Assembly (NCBI GenBank): GCA_964016885.1
Contig: OZ024742.1
Coordinates: forward strand, 210,304,001-210,368,000
DNA: 64,000 nt
Reading direction: 5' to 3'
From: Eledone cirrhosa
Lineage: Eukaryota
The translations under genes were made by a program, and so were the position numbers. This document shows positions 61,206 through 64,000 of the stretch, piece after piece. The notes beneath the pieces are model-generated. The model made no database searches. It saw only the letters and a program-made list of their open reading frames with translations, and was not told where the DNA came from. Within the stretch, counting starts at the first letter, position 1. Each line of letters begins with the position of its first letter.

Positions 61206-61461
61206 CATAACATGGAACATAAATTATGTTGACTGTGATAATGATGTAGATATATTTTTATAGTAGAAAGTCATACAAGCCTTTGTGTGAATTTCTGTTG
61301 AAATAAAAAAAAAAAAAGCAGGGTTCCATTACTACAAATGTCAATTTTATTCCCTGATTATTTCATATCAACAATGCATGAGCAAAAGTTTGCTGTATTT
61401 AGTTGGACATCGATGAATACGATCTCTGGTGTCAGCAGCTGTATGTGGTGACCATTATTTG

Positions 61462-61650
61462 TGGTGAATTGGCAGTATCGGTAAAGGGTCGGACGCCATC
61501 CTTTGACGCATAGAGTTACGGCCCTTGCCATTCTGAGTTCAAATCCCGCCGAGGTTAACTTTGCCTTTCATCCTTATGGGGTCGATAAAATAAAGTACCA
61601 GTAATACACTGGGTAATTGCTGGCCTTGTGCCAAAAGTAGAAACAATTAT
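61462..61650 (+). mobile_element. tRNA-derived SINE, well-preserved copy
   Basis: TGGCAGTATCGG (box A-like), GAGTTCAAATCC (box B-like), and the conserved core and tail shared with 32222 and 36050. Confidence 0.82.
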
Positions 61651-63111
61651 TTGTAAACACCATGCAACATATATCAATATTGGCACCAGCAACAAAAAAT
61701 TTACATCTTTAATGTATCGTTTGAGATATAATGAACATTTAATATATTATCACTATCATTGAAAAATGTACCATAATCATAGTGATTTAAATCCTTTGTT
61801 ACCTTAAACAATAGACACCTCTTATTTTCAGCCATGCCATCCGAAATAAGGTCATGCACATGAGTGGAAAATAAAAAGAGTAACACTTTGTTCTTGTGTA
61901 TAACATGCACAACCAATCTTTAGAATTAAAAATCAGAAAACATGTATATTATACTCAAATGAATACAGTATGTTGCACTTGACTAGAAAATAAAAGAGTA
62001 ACATTTTGTTTTTGTGTATAATATGAACAGCTAATCTTTAGAATTAAAAATCAAGAAATATTTGTATATTATATTCAAATAAATACAGTATGTTGAAAGA
62101 AAGTGTAAATTAACTTCAATATATTAGTCACTTTTTGACAAAACTTTACTCACATATTTAAATAAATATGATCTTAAACAGCCTCTAAAATACACAATAC
62201 TGTGCTTGCTGCTACAAACCTAATTAACAATTGTAGTACTTCGGTTGCAGAATTAAGCAATTAGCAAACTAGCTAACAAGACATAATATGAAACTTTACA
62301 AAAATAAAAGATAACAGAAGATATTGAAATTAAAGGAAGTAAAAGAGAAGAGAGGCTCAACAAAATCCACTTAGAAATGATGATCAGTGTTGATAATGAG
62401 ATACAAATAATATAAAGATGCTAATAAACTATTTCTTAAAGTGACTGTCTGAGTGAAAGTTGCTTCTTTGACAATATTCAGAAGATATGTTGATTAATTG
62501 TTTATATTTGGTTGAAGAATTTAGACAGGAAAATGCTTAAAAATAGATTTAAAAAAAGAAAAGGAAGAAAAAATATCAAAAACATTTTACTGAGCAATTT
62601 TTTAATACATCACAGAGTTCCTAGTTGGAAACATAGAAAAGACAGAACTCTGTCAGAATAGATGAAGGTTGTAAGAATAGTGAATAATTTCATCTTCCAA
62701 TAGTTAATGGGGGGATACCAATCATTAACATGAGGATGAAAATACAGAAGTCTGAATCAGAACATAAAATTGGATGCTTAACAGATATTCCATAGATCCA
62801 AACTACTGAACTGTATACTTAGTTTGTGTTAAGCATTCAGTTTATGTAGCCTGAATCAGAACTTGACAGAGCTGAATATCCAATTCTTCAAACCACAGAA
62901 CTGTACATATAGCAAAGCTAGATATTTTATTCTCCAAACACCAAAGAACTGCACACCTAACAGAGATAGATGTCCAAGCTTTATATCACACAAATAAATG
63001 TTGTTCAGTATCATTTAACATTTAATTACCCCACTTTCACAATCTTCTTTGTTCAATTATTTAAATTAGGTGGAGGGAGGGGAATGGAGTGCAAAATGAG
63101 CAGTAACAGGC

Positions 63112-63232
63112 TCAAGCTCTAACAGCAGCCTTTACTTGAGCCTGTTGAAATTGGTGTTGTAATTTGCCAAGGTTTTCACGATGGGTTTCTTGTTTCTTCT
63201 CAAGGTCTTTAATAGTATTTTCATGACGTTTT
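63112..63232 (-). CDS. PFDN6: Prefoldin subunit 6, last coding exon (KRHENTIKDLEKKQETHRENLGKLQHQFQQAQVKAAVRA*)
   Basis: Acceptor tttttatttttctag, phase 2; the peptide aligns with remembered human PFDN6 KRYESQLRDLERQSEQQRETLAQLQQEFQRAQ. Upstream exons are not seen and probably lie beyond the right edge. Confidence 0.85.
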
Positions 63233-64000
63233 CTAGAAAAATAAAAACCATGTATATGTATATGTATGTGTGTGTATATATATATACACACACACATATA
63301 TATATATATACATACATATAATCTTTGTTTGAATTTGATAGAAGAATCAACGTTGTTTGACTATGAAAAATAGTCATTGGGCATATAAACTCTGGAGATG
63401 GAAAACATTGTACAACGTTGATACTTCTTTAAAATTCAAACAACTTCCTATTGTTCAATGGTTCTAAAAATAGATTGTTTATATACATATAACTTCTTAA
63501 TCTTAAAGGATATTGCAATAAACTTGAACTTCATATTTCTCGGCCTATATTAACCATAGATTGATTAAAAGAGGATCTTTCACTGAAATCACATTGTCAA
63601 ACCAAATAGTTATACCATACATTGTCAAACCGTTTTTTCTTAGAATTTTGTACTTTTCAAACTCTTACTTTTTCTATATATTAACAAAGCATTATTAATG
63701 ATTAGTGAGTTAAATATCTGCAATAGGAACTTTACTGAGTTTAAAATTTCAAAATATGTTTACCACATGTGATGGAAAAAAAATGGACAGACACTTATGA
63801 GGAATTAAACCACATCACTCATATGCCACATAAGCACATTTAACCATTTTGTCTATAGAATCACGGGCTATCATTTACTGTCATTTTAGAAGATTTTAAG
63901 TGAGTATCTAGAGGTGTAAACATGATTTGTTGACTTACAAAGCATTGGGAAATATAGAATTTGAAAATATATTTGCCACAATGCAGATAACTTTAACAAT

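Noticed and set aside
61462-61560. tRNA gene
   Set aside because: Box A/B motifs are present but there is no cloverleaf, and the sequence continues into a multi-copy SINE core; the same applies to the other tRNA-like heads.

Overview
AT-rich, microsatellite-rich eukaryotic DNA. The SINE and LINE repertoire and the large C2H2 exon suggest an octopod cephalopod (inference, not verified). Host genes: (1) seven phase-consistent exons of a CCHCR1 homologue (- strand, 37-15640, continuing beyond the left edge); (2) a decaying multi-exon + strand gene at ~32850-40400 whose splice sites and phases are intact but whose frame carries stops; (3) a 1331-aa gene with 11 C2H2 fingers (- strand, 45816-49811) and a probable first exon at ~57880; (4) the last coding exon of prefoldin subunit 6 (PFDN6, - strand, 63112-63232). 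The rest is transposon-derived. It includes a nearly intact R4/Dong-type RLE retrotransposon ending in (TAA)n, a disabled RTE-BovB-like LINE, and Penelope (GIY-YIG), CRE, Tx1, CR1-group and PHD-bearing RTE fragments. It also holds two solo LTRs with 4-bp TSDs, hAT, piggyBac and pogo elements, several SINE families and minisatellites. No rRNA, intact tRNA or CRISPR array was seen, and I cannot support a claim of a wholly new system. The best leads are the phase-preserved stop-containing gene, the CCHCR1-PFDN6 linkage (both are human MHC-region genes), the Dong element's 5' structure and recoding options, and intronic inverted repeats that could be ADAR substrates. All homology calls are from remembered motifs, not database searches.
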